This document shows, piece by piece, positions 8,435 to 20,430 of a stretch of DNA of 64,000 nucleotides (the first letter of the stretch is position 1; each line of letters begins with the position of its first letter). A model generated the notes under the pieces. That model was not told the DNA's origin and did not search any database. It worked only from the letters and a program-made list of their open reading frames with translations. The DNA is taken from assembly GCA_035447065.1 (NCBI GenBank), contig DAOTGJ010000001.1:79694-143693 (forward strand), written 5' to 3'. The translations under genes and the position numbers were made by a program. The DNA comes from Candidatus Krumholzibacteriia bacterium. Its GTDB lineage: Bacteria; Krumholzibacteriota; Krumholzibacteriia; LZORAL124-64-63.

Positions 8435-9612
8435 CCGCTGCCCCGCGCCTGGCCGCCCTCACGCTGCGGTCGCTGCTCCAGCCCCTGTGCGCCGCCCACC
8501 GCATCGACCTCTGCGGGGTGGTGGACCTCCCGCGCCGCCTGCCCCATACCGCCGATTGGCTCAACTGGCTGCTCAAGGGCCACCACGCGGATCTGGAGTA
8601 CCTGCTGCGCGACCCGCACGGCCGCGCCGATCCCAACCGCGTCCGCCCCTGGGCCCGCTCGCTCCTGGTCTTCGCCCAGCGCTATGCCAACGGCTGGTCG
8701 CCGGACGACGCCGAGGCCCGCGGCGGCTGCGCCGAGGGCCGCCCCTGGACCGCCGGCGTCTCCCGCTACGCCCGCGGCCGCGACTACCACGACGTTCTGC
8801 GCGGCTCCATCCGCAGCATCGTCCAGAGCCTGCGCACGGAGCTGCACGCGCGAGGCGTGCTGGCCGCGGAGTCCGACCTCCAGAGCACCGACGCCGTGGA
8901 CGCCGGCCCCTACCTGGAACGCGAGTACGCCTGGCTCGCCGGCCTGGGCTTCTACGGCAAGAACACCCTGCTCATCCACCCCAAGCTGGGCTCCGGCCTG
9001 TTCCTCGGCGTGGCGCTGACCAGCCTGGAGATCACCGGCGTGGCCGATGCGCCGCGGCCCCTGGTAGGCCCCGCCGCCCAGAGGCTGCCTCAGGACGGCA
9101 TGACCTCCCTCTGCGGCAAGTGCACCCGCTGCCTGGACGCCTGCCCCACCGAGGCCTTCCGCGACGCGTGGGAGCTGGACGCCGGCGCCTGCCTGAGCAC
9201 CTGGAGCATCGAGTGGCGCGGCGGCGCGCCGGAGCGGCGGCGCGCCGAGCAGGGCGGCCTGCTCTTCGGCTGCGACGTGTGCCAGGCCGTATGCCCCTGG
9301 AACCACAAGGCGGCGCGCAAGCTGCTGGATCCGCCGCCGCCGGACTACGCGGAGCTGCCGGAGCACGCGGAGCTGGACCTGGCCGAACTGATCGCCCTGG
9401 ACGCCGACGCGTTCCGCGCCCGCTTCCGCCGCACCCCCCTCTGGCGCGCCCATCCCGAAGGCGTGCGCCGCAACGCCCTGATCGTGGCGGCCAACACCGG
9501 CCGCCGCGACCTGCTGCCCGCCGCCCGCCACGCGGCGGAACAGGATCCGAACCCGGAGGTCCGCGCCGTGGCGGCGTGGGCCGTCGCCCGACTCGAGGGA
9601 GGATCGCCATGA
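8431..9612 (+). CDS. queG: Epoxyqueuosine reductase
   Basis: This is the C-terminal part of the 7831..9612 ORF. The GTG start at 8431 overlaps the upstream stop (GTGA). Motifs are GRDYHDV, LAGLGFYGKNTLLIHP, the ferredoxin-type CGKCTRCLDACPT and CDVCQAVCPWN, and a HEAT-like tail DPNPEVRAVAAWA. Confidence 0.9.
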   Translation: MTAAPRLAALTLRSLLQPLCAAHRIDLCGVVDLPRRLPHTADWLNWLLKGHHADLEYLLRDPHGRADPNRVRPWARSLLVFAQRYANGWSPDDAEARGGCAEGRPWTAGVSRYARGRDYHDVLRGSIRSIVQSLRTELHARGVLAAESDLQSTDAVDAGPYLEREYAWLAGLGFYGKNTLLIHPKLGSGLFLGVALTSLEITGVADAPRPLVGPAAQRLPQDGMTSLCGKCTRCLDACPTEAFRDAWELDAGACLSTWSIEWRGGAPERRRAEQGGLLFGCDVCQAVCPWNHKAARKLLDPPPPDYAELPEHAELDLAELIALDADAFRARFRRTPLWRAHPEGVRRNALIVAANTGRRDLLPAARHAAEQDPNPEVRAVAAWAVARLEGGSP

Positions 9613-10610
9613 CCATCGCCCCGGCCGCCGCCTGGTGGACCGCCCTGGAAGACGACCACGTCCGCTGCGACCTCTGCCCCCTGCGCTGCCGCCTGCGCCC
9701 CGGCCGCGACGCTCCCTGCGGCACCCGCGCCAACCGCGGCGGCGCCATGACGCCGCTGGAATACGGCCGCGTGGCGGCGGTGGGCCTGGATCCCGTGGAG
9801 AAGAAGCCGCTGTACCACTTCCGACCCGGTTCGGCCGTGTTCTCCGTGGCCGCCCACGGCTGCAACCTGCACTGCGCCTTCTGCCAGAACTGGACGCTGA
9901 GCCAGGAGCGCGGGGGCCAGGCCACCGAGACCACGCCGGAGGCCGTCGTGGCCGACGCCCGCCGCCACGACACCCGCGCCCTGGCCTTCACCTACAGCGA
10001 GCCCCTGGTCTGGTTCGAGTTCCTGCGCGACACCGCCCGCCTCGCCCGCGCCGAGGGCCTGGCCGTGCTCGCCGTGACCAACGGCTTCCTGGAGCCCGGC
10101 CCCCTGGCGGAACTGGCTCCCTGGCTCGACGCCGTCAACGTGGACCTCAAGAGCATGGACGACCGCTTCTACCGCCGCGTCTGCAAGGCCCGCCTGCAGC
10201 CTGTCCTGGACGCCATCACGGCGCTCCACGCCGCCGGCGTGCACGTGGAGGTCACCAACCTGCTCATCCCGGACCACAACGACGACCCCGCCCAGGTGGA
10301 CGCCCTGGCCTCATTCCTGGCCGACCTGGATCCCGGTCTGCCCCTGCACCTCTCCGCCTACCATCCGGCCTGGAAGCTGGACGCCCGCCCCACCACGGCG
10401 GACGATCTCCTGGCCGCCGCCGCGGTGGCCCGCCGCCGCCTGGACCACGTGTACCTGGGGAACGTGCGCCTGCCAGGGGAGAGCGATACGCGCTGCCCGC
10501 GCTGCGGCCACACAGTGATCTGGCGCGACGGCTACGCCGTCCGTTCCAGCATGACCGCGGCGGGCGCCTGCCTGCGCTGCGGGCGCGCCATCGGGGGCGT
10601 CTGGGAATAG
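9609..10610 (+). CDS. AmmeMemoRadiSam-system-type radical SAM enzyme (PFL-activase-like)
   Basis: This is the C-terminal part of the 8487..10610 ORF. The ATG at 9609 overlaps the queG stop (ATGA). Motifs are VRCDLCPLRCRL, DPVEKKPLYHFRPGS, the radical-SAM CNLHCAFCQNW, and a C-terminal CPRCG...CLRCG ribbon. Confidence 0.85.
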   Translation: MTIAPAAAWWTALEDDHVRCDLCPLRCRLRPGRDAPCGTRANRGGAMTPLEYGRVAAVGLDPVEKKPLYHFRPGSAVFSVAAHGCNLHCAFCQNWTLSQERGGQATETTPEAVVADARRHDTRALAFTYSEPLVWFEFLRDTARLARAEGLAVLAVTNGFLEPGPLAELAPWLDAVNVDLKSMDDRFYRRVCKARLQPVLDAITALHAAGVHVEVTNLLIPDHNDDPAQVDALASFLADLDPGLPLHLSAYHPAWKLDARPTTADDLLAAAAVARRRLDHVYLGNVRLPGESDTRCPRCGHTVIWRDGYAVRSSMTAAGACLRCGRAIGGVWE

Positions 10611-10702
10611 GTCCGCGCGGTCCGCGGAATCGACGGGGCGGCGGGCCTGTGCTAGGCTCTCCGCTCCGAACGCCCCACCACTCCATCCCCGGGACGCTCT
10701 CC

Positions 10703-13516
10703 GTGCGCCGCTGGCCCATCTACCTCTGCTTCCTCTGCTCCGGCGCCGCGGGCCTCATCGACGAGGTGGTGTGGATCCGCAAGGCGTCGCTGGTCTTCGG
10801 CTCCACCACCTTCGCGGTCAGCACGGTGCTGGCCGTCTTCTTCGGCGGTCTGGCCCTGGGCAGCGAGCTGGCCGGCCGGTTCATGGACCGCGTGCGGCGG
10901 CCGCTGCGCACGTACGCCCGACTGGAGCTGCTGCTCGCGGCCCTGGCGCTGCTGAGCCTGCCCGCCTTCGGCTGGCTCGACGCGCCCTACGGCGCCCTCT
11001 ACCGCGCCCTGGGCGGCGGCGAAGGCGCGGGCGATCCCGTCCTGCTCCTCCTCTCGCGCCTGCTGCTCACGGCCCTGGTGCTGCTGCCGCCGGCCACGGC
11101 CATGGGCGCCACCCTGCCGCTCTTCGTGCGGCGTTTCGTGAGCGGCGACGCCGACCTGTCCGCGCGCGTGGGCTTCCTCTACGGGTTGAACACCCTGGGC
11201 GCGGCGGCGGGCACGCTGGCGGCCGGGTTCGTGCTGCTGCCCGCGCTGGGCATGCAGGGGAGCATCGCCGTGGCGGCGGCGCTCAACGTGGTCGCCGGCG
11301 GACTGGCCCTGGGGCTGGCGCGCGGGGAGGACGCGGCGCCGGCGCCGGTCGGTCCGGCCGCCGCGACGGCCGCGCCGCTCGGAGGTCGCGCCTGGGTGGT
11401 GGCCTCGCTCTTCCTGCTCACCGGCCTCGCCGCCCTGGCCGCGGAGGTGGTCTGGACCCGCTTCCTCTCCCTGCTGGTGCGCAACTCGGTCACCACCTAC
11501 ACGCTGGCCCTGGCGGTGGTGCTCGTGGGCATCGTGATCGGGAGCTGGCTCGCGGCGCGGCTGTGGGACCGGCGCCTGCCCCTGGCGGCGGTCTTCGCCG
11601 GCCTGCAGGCCGGCGCGGGGCTGATCCTCCTGGGCGTCACCCATCTGCCGCCGTCGTTCTGGCAGGGGCTGGGCGAAGGCGTGGCGCCCTTCGCGCTGCT
11701 CATGCTGCCGCCGGCGGTGCTTTCGGGCGCGTCGTTTCCGCTGGCGGTCAAGCTGGCGTCGCGCGACGGCGGCGACGCGGCGCGCACCGTGGGCAGGCTG
11801 GCTGCCCTGAACACCGTGGGAGGCATCCTGGGCTCGCTGGCGGCGGGGTTCTGGCTGCTGCCGCGGCTGGGCATGGCGGTCTCGCTGCAGGCGGTGACGG
11901 GGCTCTCGGTGCTGGCGGCCGTGCTGGCGCTGCTGCTGCTGGACCGTCCCACGGGCGGCGCGGCGCGACTGCGGCGCCTGGCGGTTGCGGCGCTGGCGGC
12001 GGCGACGTGGGCGCTCCTGCCGCGGATGCTGCCGGCGAGCCTGCCCGACGACTACCTGCGAGGCTCCGGCTCCCTGCTGGCCGTTCGCGAAGGCTACGGC
12101 GCCACCTTGTCCGTGGTGCGCCGCGAAGGCGATCGCGTCCTGCTCATCGATCGCCTGTGGCAGGGCCGCGACCGCAAGAACCACCAGATCATGGCGGCCC
12201 ACGTGCCGGCGCTGCTGCATCCGTCGCCGCGGCGGGTGCTGGTCATCGGCCTGGGAGTGGGGCAGACCGCCGGCCGCTTCCTGCTGCACGATCCCGAGCG
12301 CGTGGACTGCGTGGACATCGAGCCCACGCTGTTCCCCTTCGTGCGCGAGAACTTCGCCTCGGCCTGGATGGACGATCCCCGCGTGCACGCCATCCCCGAC
12401 GACGGCCGCACCTACACCGCGCACACGGACCGCACCTACGACCTGATCTCCATCGAGGTGGGCCAGGTCTTCCGTCCCGGCGTGGACGCCTTCTACACCC
12501 GCCGCTTCTACCGCGACGCCCGCGCGCGCCTGGCCCCCGGCGGACTCGCGGCCCAGTTCGTGCCGCTGCCGTTCCTGGACGAGACCATGCTGCGCCGCAT
12601 CACGGCCACCTTCCTGGAGGCCTTCCCGCAGGCGGTGCTCTGGTACAACGGCAACGAGCTGATCCTGATCGGCGCGGCCGACGGTCCCGTGACCCCGGAC
12701 CCGCAGCGTCTGGCCGCCGTGACCCGCGACCCGCGCCTGCGCGCCGACCTGGCCTGGACCCACTGGGGCGGCCGCGGCGAGCACCTGAACGATCCCGCCA
12801 ATCTCCTGGCCGGCCTCCTCTGCGACACCGACGGCCTGCGCCGCCTGGCCGCCGACGCCGCCCCTCTGGTGGACGACCGCCCGGACCTGGCCTACGCCAG
12901 CCGCACCATGCGCACCGCAGCCACGCCGGAGCTGGCGCTCACGGATCTGCTGGAAGGCCTGCTCGCGCCGCTGCCGGAGATCCTGGCGCCGGACGACCTG
13001 GTGCGCGCCCGGGACCTGCGCCGCGGCAACCTGGCGGACCTGCGCGCCACCGCCGTGCTGCGCGACGTACGCGCGCGCATGGCGGCGGCGGGCTTCCAGA
13101 GCACCCTGGCCGGCGCGCAACGCGCCCTGGCCCTGCACCCGGAGAACCGGCACGCCCAGCGCATGCTGGGCGACGTGCTGAACCTGGCAGGCCGCTTCCA
13201 GGACGCCGAACCCTGGTTCCGCCGCGTGCTGGAACGCGCCCCGGACGATCCCGAGGCCCGACGCGGCCTCGCCCTCTGCCTGAGCCGCACCGGCCGCCTG
13301 GAGGAGGCCATGACCGTCCTGCGCCGCCTGCTGGCCGACAGCCCCGACGACGCCGTGGCCCACAACTACCTGGGCGCCTGCCTGGCGGACCGCGGACGCC
13401 TGCCCGAGGCCGCCGAGCATTTCCGGCGCGCCGCCGCGCTGGACCCCGCCGACCGCGGGATCCAGGACAATCTGGAACGGGTGGAAAGGGATCTGCGCCG
13501 CTACCAGGGACGGTAG
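10703..13516 (+). CDS. Fused polytopic membrane / spermidine-synthase-like methyltransferase-fold / TPR protein
   Basis: This is the C-terminal part of the 9635..13516 ORF. The GTG at 10703 is the first plausible start before the first TM segment ([23 protein letters not shown]). There are about 8 TM segments, then [17 protein letters not shown]...YDLISIE (SAM-fold), then TPR-like repeats at the C-terminus. Confidence 0.85.
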   Translation: MRRWPIYLCFLCSGAAGLIDEVVWIRKASLVFGSTTFAVSTVLAVFFGGLALGSELAGRFMDRVRRPLRTYARLELLLAALALLSLPAFGWLDAPYGALYRALGGGEGAGDPVLLLLSRLLLTALVLLPPATAMGATLPLFVRRFVSGDADLSARVGFLYGLNTLGAAAGTLAAGFVLLPALGMQGSIAVAAALNVVAGGLALGLARGEDAAPAPVGPAAATAAPLGGRAWVVASLFLLTGLAALAAEVVWTRFLSLLVRNSVTTYTLALAVVLVGIVIGSWLAARLWDRRLPLAAVFAGLQAGAGLILLGVTHLPPSFWQGLGEGVAPFALLMLPPAVLSGASFPLAVKLASRDGGDAARTVGRLAALNTVGGILGSLAAGFWLLPRLGMAVSLQAVTGLSVLAAVLALLLLDRPTGGAARLRRLAVAALAAATWALLPRMLPASLPDDYLRGSGSLLAVREGYGATLSVVRREGDRVLLIDRLWQGRDRKNHQIMAAHVPALLHPSPRRVLVIGLGVGQTAGRFLLHDPERVDCVDIEPTLFPFVRENFASAWMDDPRVHAIPDDGRTYTAHTDRTYDLISIEVGQVFRPGVDAFYTRRFYRDARARLAPGGLAAQFVPLPFLDETMLRRITATFLEAFPQAVLWYNGNELILIGAADGPVTPDPQRLAAVTRDPRLRADLAWTHWGGRGEHLNDPANLLAGLLCDTDGLRRLAADAAPLVDDRPDLAYASRTMRTAATPELALTDLLEGLLAPLPEILAPDDLVRARDLRRGNLADLRATAVLRDVRARMAAAGFQSTLAGAQRALALHPENRHAQRMLGDVLNLAGRFQDAEPWFRRVLERAPDDPEARRGLALCLSRTGRLEEAMTVLRRLLADSPDDAVAHNYLGACLADRGRLPEAAEHFRRAAALDPADRGIQDNLERVERDLRRYQGR

Positions 13517-13896
13517 CCGCCGCCCGCCTCGCCGGACCAGCCCGCGGCCCGATGGCTCACGCGCACGAAGGTGGTGATCCCCCCGCGCACGTACCATTTG
13601 GCGTCGATCTCCAGGAACCGCGGCTCCAGGAGCCTCACGAGGTCGCCCAGGATCTCGTTGGTCACCTTCTCATGGAAGGCGCCCTGGTCGCGGAAGGTCC
13701 ACAGGTACAGCTTGAGCGACTTGAGCTCCACGCACCGCGCGTCCGGCACGTAGCGGATGCGGAAGTGCGCGAAGTCCGGCTGCCCCGTCAACGGACACAG
13801 GCAGGTGAACTCGGGGCAGTCGAACAGGATCTCGTAGTCCCGCTCCGGCGCGGGGTTCTCGAAGGCCTCCATGGCCCGAGAAGGCTGACTCGGCAT
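13501..13896 (-). CDS. queF: NADPH-dependent 7-cyano-7-deazaguanine (preQ0) reductase, type I
   Basis: 131-aa ORF. It has the catalytic-Cys block [14 protein letters not shown] and the QueF motif [22 protein letters not shown] lies upstream of the ATG. Confidence 0.95.
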   Translation of the reverse strand: MPSQPSRAMEAFENPAPERDYEILFDCPEFTCLCPLTGQPDFAHFRIRYVPDARCVELKSLKLYLWTFRDQGAFHEKVTNEILGDLVRLLEPRFLEIDAKWYVRGGITTFVRVSHRAAGWSGEAGGGYRPW

Positions 13897-13965
13897 CGCT
13901 TCCTCCCTGCAGAATCTCAGCGATCAAACCTACCCCCGCCCCCCGGCAAGGGCAACCATGAACGA

Positions 13966-13991
13966 GGCCCCGGGCCGAATGGCCCGGGGCC
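13966..13991 (-). terminator. Second hairpin between the subtilase and queF (11-bp stem)
   Basis: GGCCCCGGGCC (13966-13976) / GGCCCGGGGCC (13981-13991) with loop GAAT. On the minus strand it follows the 25-bp hairpin and lies 70 nt upstream of the queF start. Confidence 0.5.
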
Positions 13992-14014
13992 GACGTTCCA
14001 AGATCACCGTCGTG

Positions 14015-14084
14015 GCGTGCGTCATGCGGCGCACGAGCGACGTTTCCGGTCAAGTTCGGCGCTCGTGCGCCGCATGACGCACGC
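14015..14084 (-). terminator. Very long perfect hairpin (25-bp stem, 20-nt loop) just after the subtilase stop
   Basis: GCGTGCGTCATGCGGCGCACGAGCG (14015-14039) is the exact reverse complement of 14060-14084. It lies 5 nt after the TAG at 14090-14092 on the minus strand. There is no clear U-tract. Confidence 0.6.
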
Positions 14085-14089
14085 TCCGT

Positions 14090-17206
<3,117 letters not shown>

Positions 17207-17269
17207 GGCCGTGCCTTCCTCCCGAAGAACTGGGGCCTGGGAATCATCGAAGCGGAAAAATTGCCACAC

Positions 17270-17281
17270 TATCATATGATA
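17270..17281. promoter_or_regulatory. Perfect 12-bp palindrome TATCATATGATA in the divergent subtilase / glycosyltransferase intergenic region
   Basis: Read directly from the sequence, in the AT-richest patch of the region, next to TTGCCA (17261-17266). It may be an operator or part of a promoter. No factor can be assigned. Confidence 0.25.
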
Positions 17282-17416
17282 TCAGAAACGGTCAGGCCCC
17301 TCAAGCGCGGCGGGTCCGCGGGCGGGGGCCGCCGAGGCAACGCTCGCAATCCGAGCGACTTGCCGCTAGAGTCCCCGAACCCGCGCCACGGATCGGAACC
17401 CCAGGAGAGGGCGACA

Positions 17417-18517
17417 GTGAGAATCCTGTTCATCGAGCCCTACGACGGCGGCTCCCACCGCGCCTTCCGCGAGAGCCTCACCGCGCGCAGCGCCCACGCG
17501 ATCACGTCGCTCACCCTGCCCGCCCGCTTCTGGAAGTGGCGCATGCGCTCGGCCGCCGTCTGGTTCGGCGACCGCATCCGCGAGGAGTCGCTCGGCGCGG
17601 ACCTCATCCTCTGCTCCGACTACCTCAACGTGGCGGACCTGCGCGGCCTGCTGCCGCCGCCCCTGGACCGCGCGCCCGTGGTCCAGTACATGCACGAGAA
17701 CCAGCTCACCTACCCGCTGTCGCCGGACGAGTCCTTCGACTACCACTTCGGCTTCACCAACATCCTGAGCTGCCTGGCCGCCGACCGCACCGTGTTCAAC
17801 TCCGCCTTCCACCGCGACCTCTTCCTGGGGGCCGTGGACGGCTTCCTGGGCCGCATGCCCGAGGCCGTGCCCCGGGACGTGCGCGACCGCATCGCCGCGC
17901 GCAGCACCGTGCTGCCGGTGGGCATCGACCGCGCCCCGCGCCCGCCCCAGGCGCCGGATCCCGTGCTCGGCCGCCGCGCCGGCCCGCCGGTCATCCTCTG
18001 GAACCACCGCTGGGAGTTCGACAAGCGGCCGGAATGGTTCGCGTCGTCGCTGATGGATCTGGCCGACGAGGGGCTGGAGTTCCGCGTGCGCCTGCTGGGG
18101 GAGGAGCGGCAGCGGGACGAGGTCTTCGGCCCGCTGCGCGACCGTCTGGGCGACCGCGTGCTGGACTACGGCCACCGCGACGACCGCGCCGATTACGAAG
18201 CCGCCCTGGCCGCGTCGCACGTGGTGGTGAGCTGCGCGGCCCAGGAGTACTTCGGCATCAGCGTGGCCGAGGCCATCCACGCGGGCTGCCACGCGGTGCT
18301 GCCGCGGGAGCAGGTCTACCCGTCGCTCTACGGCGACCGCTGCCCCGGCGACCACTTCTACGACGGTCCCGACGGGCTCACCGCCCTCCTGCGCCGCGTG
18401 GTCCGCGGCGAGGCCGCCCACGTCTGTTCCCTGCCGGCCCGCTGCGACGCCTTCTGCTGGGAGCGCCTGGCCCCGCGCTACGACGCCCTGTTCACCGCCC
18501 TGGCGGAAGGCGTCTGA
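17417..18517 (+). CDS. DUF3524 + GT1-family glycosyltransferase, homologue of eukaryotic GTDC1 (tRNA-queuosine alpha-mannosyltransferase)
   Basis: This is the C-terminal part of the 14207..18517 ORF. The GTG at 17417 follows CAGGAGAGGG. Blocks that I recall as conserved with human GTDC1 are ILFIEPYDGGSH, LPARFWKWRMRS, YMHENQLTYP, NILSCLAADRTVFNS, WNHRWEFDKRPE, FRVRLLGE and EYFGISVAEAIHAGC. Confidence 0.85.
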   Translation: MRILFIEPYDGGSHRAFRESLTARSAHAITSLTLPARFWKWRMRSAAVWFGDRIREESLGADLILCSDYLNVADLRGLLPPPLDRAPVVQYMHENQLTYPLSPDESFDYHFGFTNILSCLAADRTVFNSAFHRDLFLGAVDGFLGRMPEAVPRDVRDRIAARSTVLPVGIDRAPRPPQAPDPVLGRRAGPPVILWNHRWEFDKRPEWFASSLMDLADEGLEFRVRLLGEERQRDEVFGPLRDRLGDRVLDYGHRDDRADYEAALAASHVVVSCAAQEYFGISVAEAIHAGCHAVLPREQVYPSLYGDRCPGDHFYDGPDGLTALLRRVVRGEAAHVCSLPARCDAFCWERLAPRYDALFTALAEGV

Positions 18518-18518
18518 G

Positions 18519-19337
18519 ATGGCCGCGCGCACGTACCGGGCCTACCTGGTGGACGTGGAGGGCGTGCTGGTCCGCGACAAGGCCTACGCCCCTGTGGCGG
18601 GCTCCCCGGAGTGGTTCGCCGGCCTGGCCGCCCGCGGGCTGCGGCGCGTGCTGGTCAGCAACAACACCACCCACACGCCGGCCGAGCAGGCGGCCGCGCT
18701 GGCCGCGGCCGGCTACGGCGTCACGGCGGACGACGTGGTGGGAGTCCTGGACGTGGCCGTCTCCCTCCTGCGCGGCTGGGGCAAGACCCGGCTGCTCTGG
18801 CTGGGACACCCCCGCCTCCGGCCGTGGTGGGAGTCCGCCGGCTTCAGCCTGGCGGACGGCGGCCCCTGCGACGCCGTGGTCCTGGGCGCCAACCCCCACC
18901 TGGACCTGGCGGACCTGGACCGCGCCCTGCCCGCCCTGCTGGACCAGGGCGCGGAGCTGGTGGCCCTGCACCGCAACCTCTTCTGGCTCGACGAGGCCGG
19001 CCGCCGCCGCCTGGGGCCCGGCTGCCATGTGGAATCCCTGGCGCCGCTGGCCCGCCGCGACCCAGTGATCGTGGGCAAGCCGCGGGAGCGGATCTACCGC
19101 GAGGCCCTGAAAAGGCTTGGCGTGGACGCCGCGGACGCTCTATTTATCTCGGATGATCCGGTGGCCGACCTGGTCACCGCCAAACGCCTGGGCATGGGCA
19201 CGGCCTTCGTCCTCAGCGGCAAGCATCCCGACCACGCCGTTCTGGAGCGTCTGGACCAGGAGGACTGGCCCGACGTCATCGCCGACCGACCCTGCGACCT
19301 CGATCCGGTCGCGCCCGCCGAGCCCCCCGAGGAGTGA
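18519..19337 (+). CDS. HAD-superfamily subfamily IIA hydrolase (NagD-like phosphatase)
   Basis: 272-aa ORF that starts 1 nt after the upstream stop. HAD motifs: I is LVDVEGVL (DxE rather than DxD), II is LVSNNTT, III is VGKP, and IV is FISDDPVADL. Confidence 0.85.
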   Translation: MAARTYRAYLVDVEGVLVRDKAYAPVAGSPEWFAGLAARGLRRVLVSNNTTHTPAEQAAALAAAGYGVTADDVVGVLDVAVSLLRGWGKTRLLWLGHPRLRPWWESAGFSLADGGPCDAVVLGANPHLDLADLDRALPALLDQGAELVALHRNLFWLDEAGRRRLGPGCHVESLAPLARRDPVIVGKPRERIYREALKRLGVDAADALFISDDPVADLVTAKRLGMGTAFVLSGKHPDHAVLERLDQEDWPDVIADRPCDLDPVAPAEPPEE

Positions 19338-19340
19338 TCC

Positions 19341-20201
19341 GTGTCCGACCGCAAGCCCGCCGCCAATCCCGACGACGCCCGCACCCAGCAGCTCTGCCTC
19401 ACCGCGTGGGAGCTGGCCGCCAGCCGCGGCGACGAGACCCTGTCGCCCCAGGCCGCCGGCATCATGATGCGCGCCGAGGAGCGGCTCCAAGCGGAGCTGG
19501 AACGCCTGGACGGCGTGGACCAGGGCCAGCGCTCCCAGATCCGCGTGCGGGCCGACGCCGAGGCCGCCGTGCTGCTGATCCACGGCTCCACGGGCAACCC
19601 GGGCGATCTGAAGGCCCTGGCGGACCACCTCTACGAGCGCGGCTTCACCATCGCCAACATCCTGCTGCCGGGGCATGGCCGTGAGACCGCCTCGCCGCCG
19701 GAGGCCCGCTGGAAGACCTGCCTGCACGAGTCGCGCCTGCGCTACGCGGCCCTGGCCCGGGCCTACCGGCAGGTGCATGTGGTGGGCTTCAGCTTCGGCG
19801 CCGCCCTGGCGCTGCACCTGGCCGTGGAGGAACGCCCCCGCTCCCTGACCCTGCTGGCGCCGGCCCTGAATCCCCGCGTGCCGTTCCAGACCCGGCTCAT
19901 GCTGCTGCTGGGCCTGCACCGGCTGCCCTTCCTGCGCCGCCGCCTGGGCTGGAACCTGGAGGTCTTCGACGCCATGGAGGGCGCCAAGCCCCTGGTGTCC
20001 AAGCTGGACCTGCCCATCTACGCGGCCCATTGCGAGGACGACCCCCGCATCGACCCCTCGTCCCTGCGCCACCTCCAGAAGCGCTCCCGCCACCGGAACT
20101 CCCGCTTCCGGCTGTTCCCCACGGGCGGGCACATGATCCTGGAGGCCCACGGCCGCGACTCCCTGCACCGGGAGATCGCCGAATTCCTCACCCGGCGCTG
20201 A
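19341..20201 (+). CDS. Alpha/beta-fold hydrolase (esterase/lipase-like)
   Basis: 286-aa ORF with a GTG start 3 nt after the HAD stop. Motifs are LLIHGSTGNPGD, the nucleophile elbow GFSFGA, and C-terminal GGHMI (His). Confidence 0.85.
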   Translation: MSDRKPAANPDDARTQQLCLTAWELAASRGDETLSPQAAGIMMRAEERLQAELERLDGVDQGQRSQIRVRADAEAAVLLIHGSTGNPGDLKALADHLYERGFTIANILLPGHGRETASPPEARWKTCLHESRLRYAALARAYRQVHVVGFSFGAALALHLAVEERPRSLTLLAPALNPRVPFQTRLMLLLGLHRLPFLRRRLGWNLEVFDAMEGAKPLVSKLDLPIYAAHCEDDPRIDPSSLRHLQKRSRHRNSRFRLFPTGGHMILEAHGRDSLHREIAEFLTRR

Positions 20202-20358
20202 CCGCGCCGCGTCCCTCGCTGCCCGCTTGCGGTTTGCACGCCCGCCGTGTGCCTCGCACGGCCCGAGGCGGGCGTGCGCCATTCCATGACGTCCCATGAT
20301 GTCTCGAAACACCCTGGCGGGCAGGCTTTGCGGCTGCGCCGACCCGGATTTGCACTTG

Positions 20359-20374
20359 GGGCATGGGAGTTGCA
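20359..20374 (+). promoter_or_regulatory. Candidate sigma54 (-24/-12) promoter upstream of the HTH / STAS-GAF pair
   Basis: GGGCAT-GGGAG-TTGCA compared with the consensus TGGCAC-N5-TTGCW. The GG and GC elements sit at the correct 12-nt register. It lies about 57 nt upstream of the ATG at 20431. Three further TTGCA-like motifs are in the same 230-bp spacer. Confidence 0.3.
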
Positions 20375-20430
20375 GTCGGGGCCGGTGACATCACCGGGCA
20401 TTGCAACACCGACTCCGGGAGCGACACACC

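Noticed and set aside
13897-13965. Possible preQ1 riboswitch in the queF leader
   Set aside because: The minus-strand leader (…GGGGGGCGGGGGTAGGTTTGATCGCTGAGATTCTGCAGGGAGGAAGCG-ATG) lacks the short P1 hairpin followed by an A-rich tail that characterises preQ1-I and preQ1-II aptamers. An Rfam scan would be decisive.
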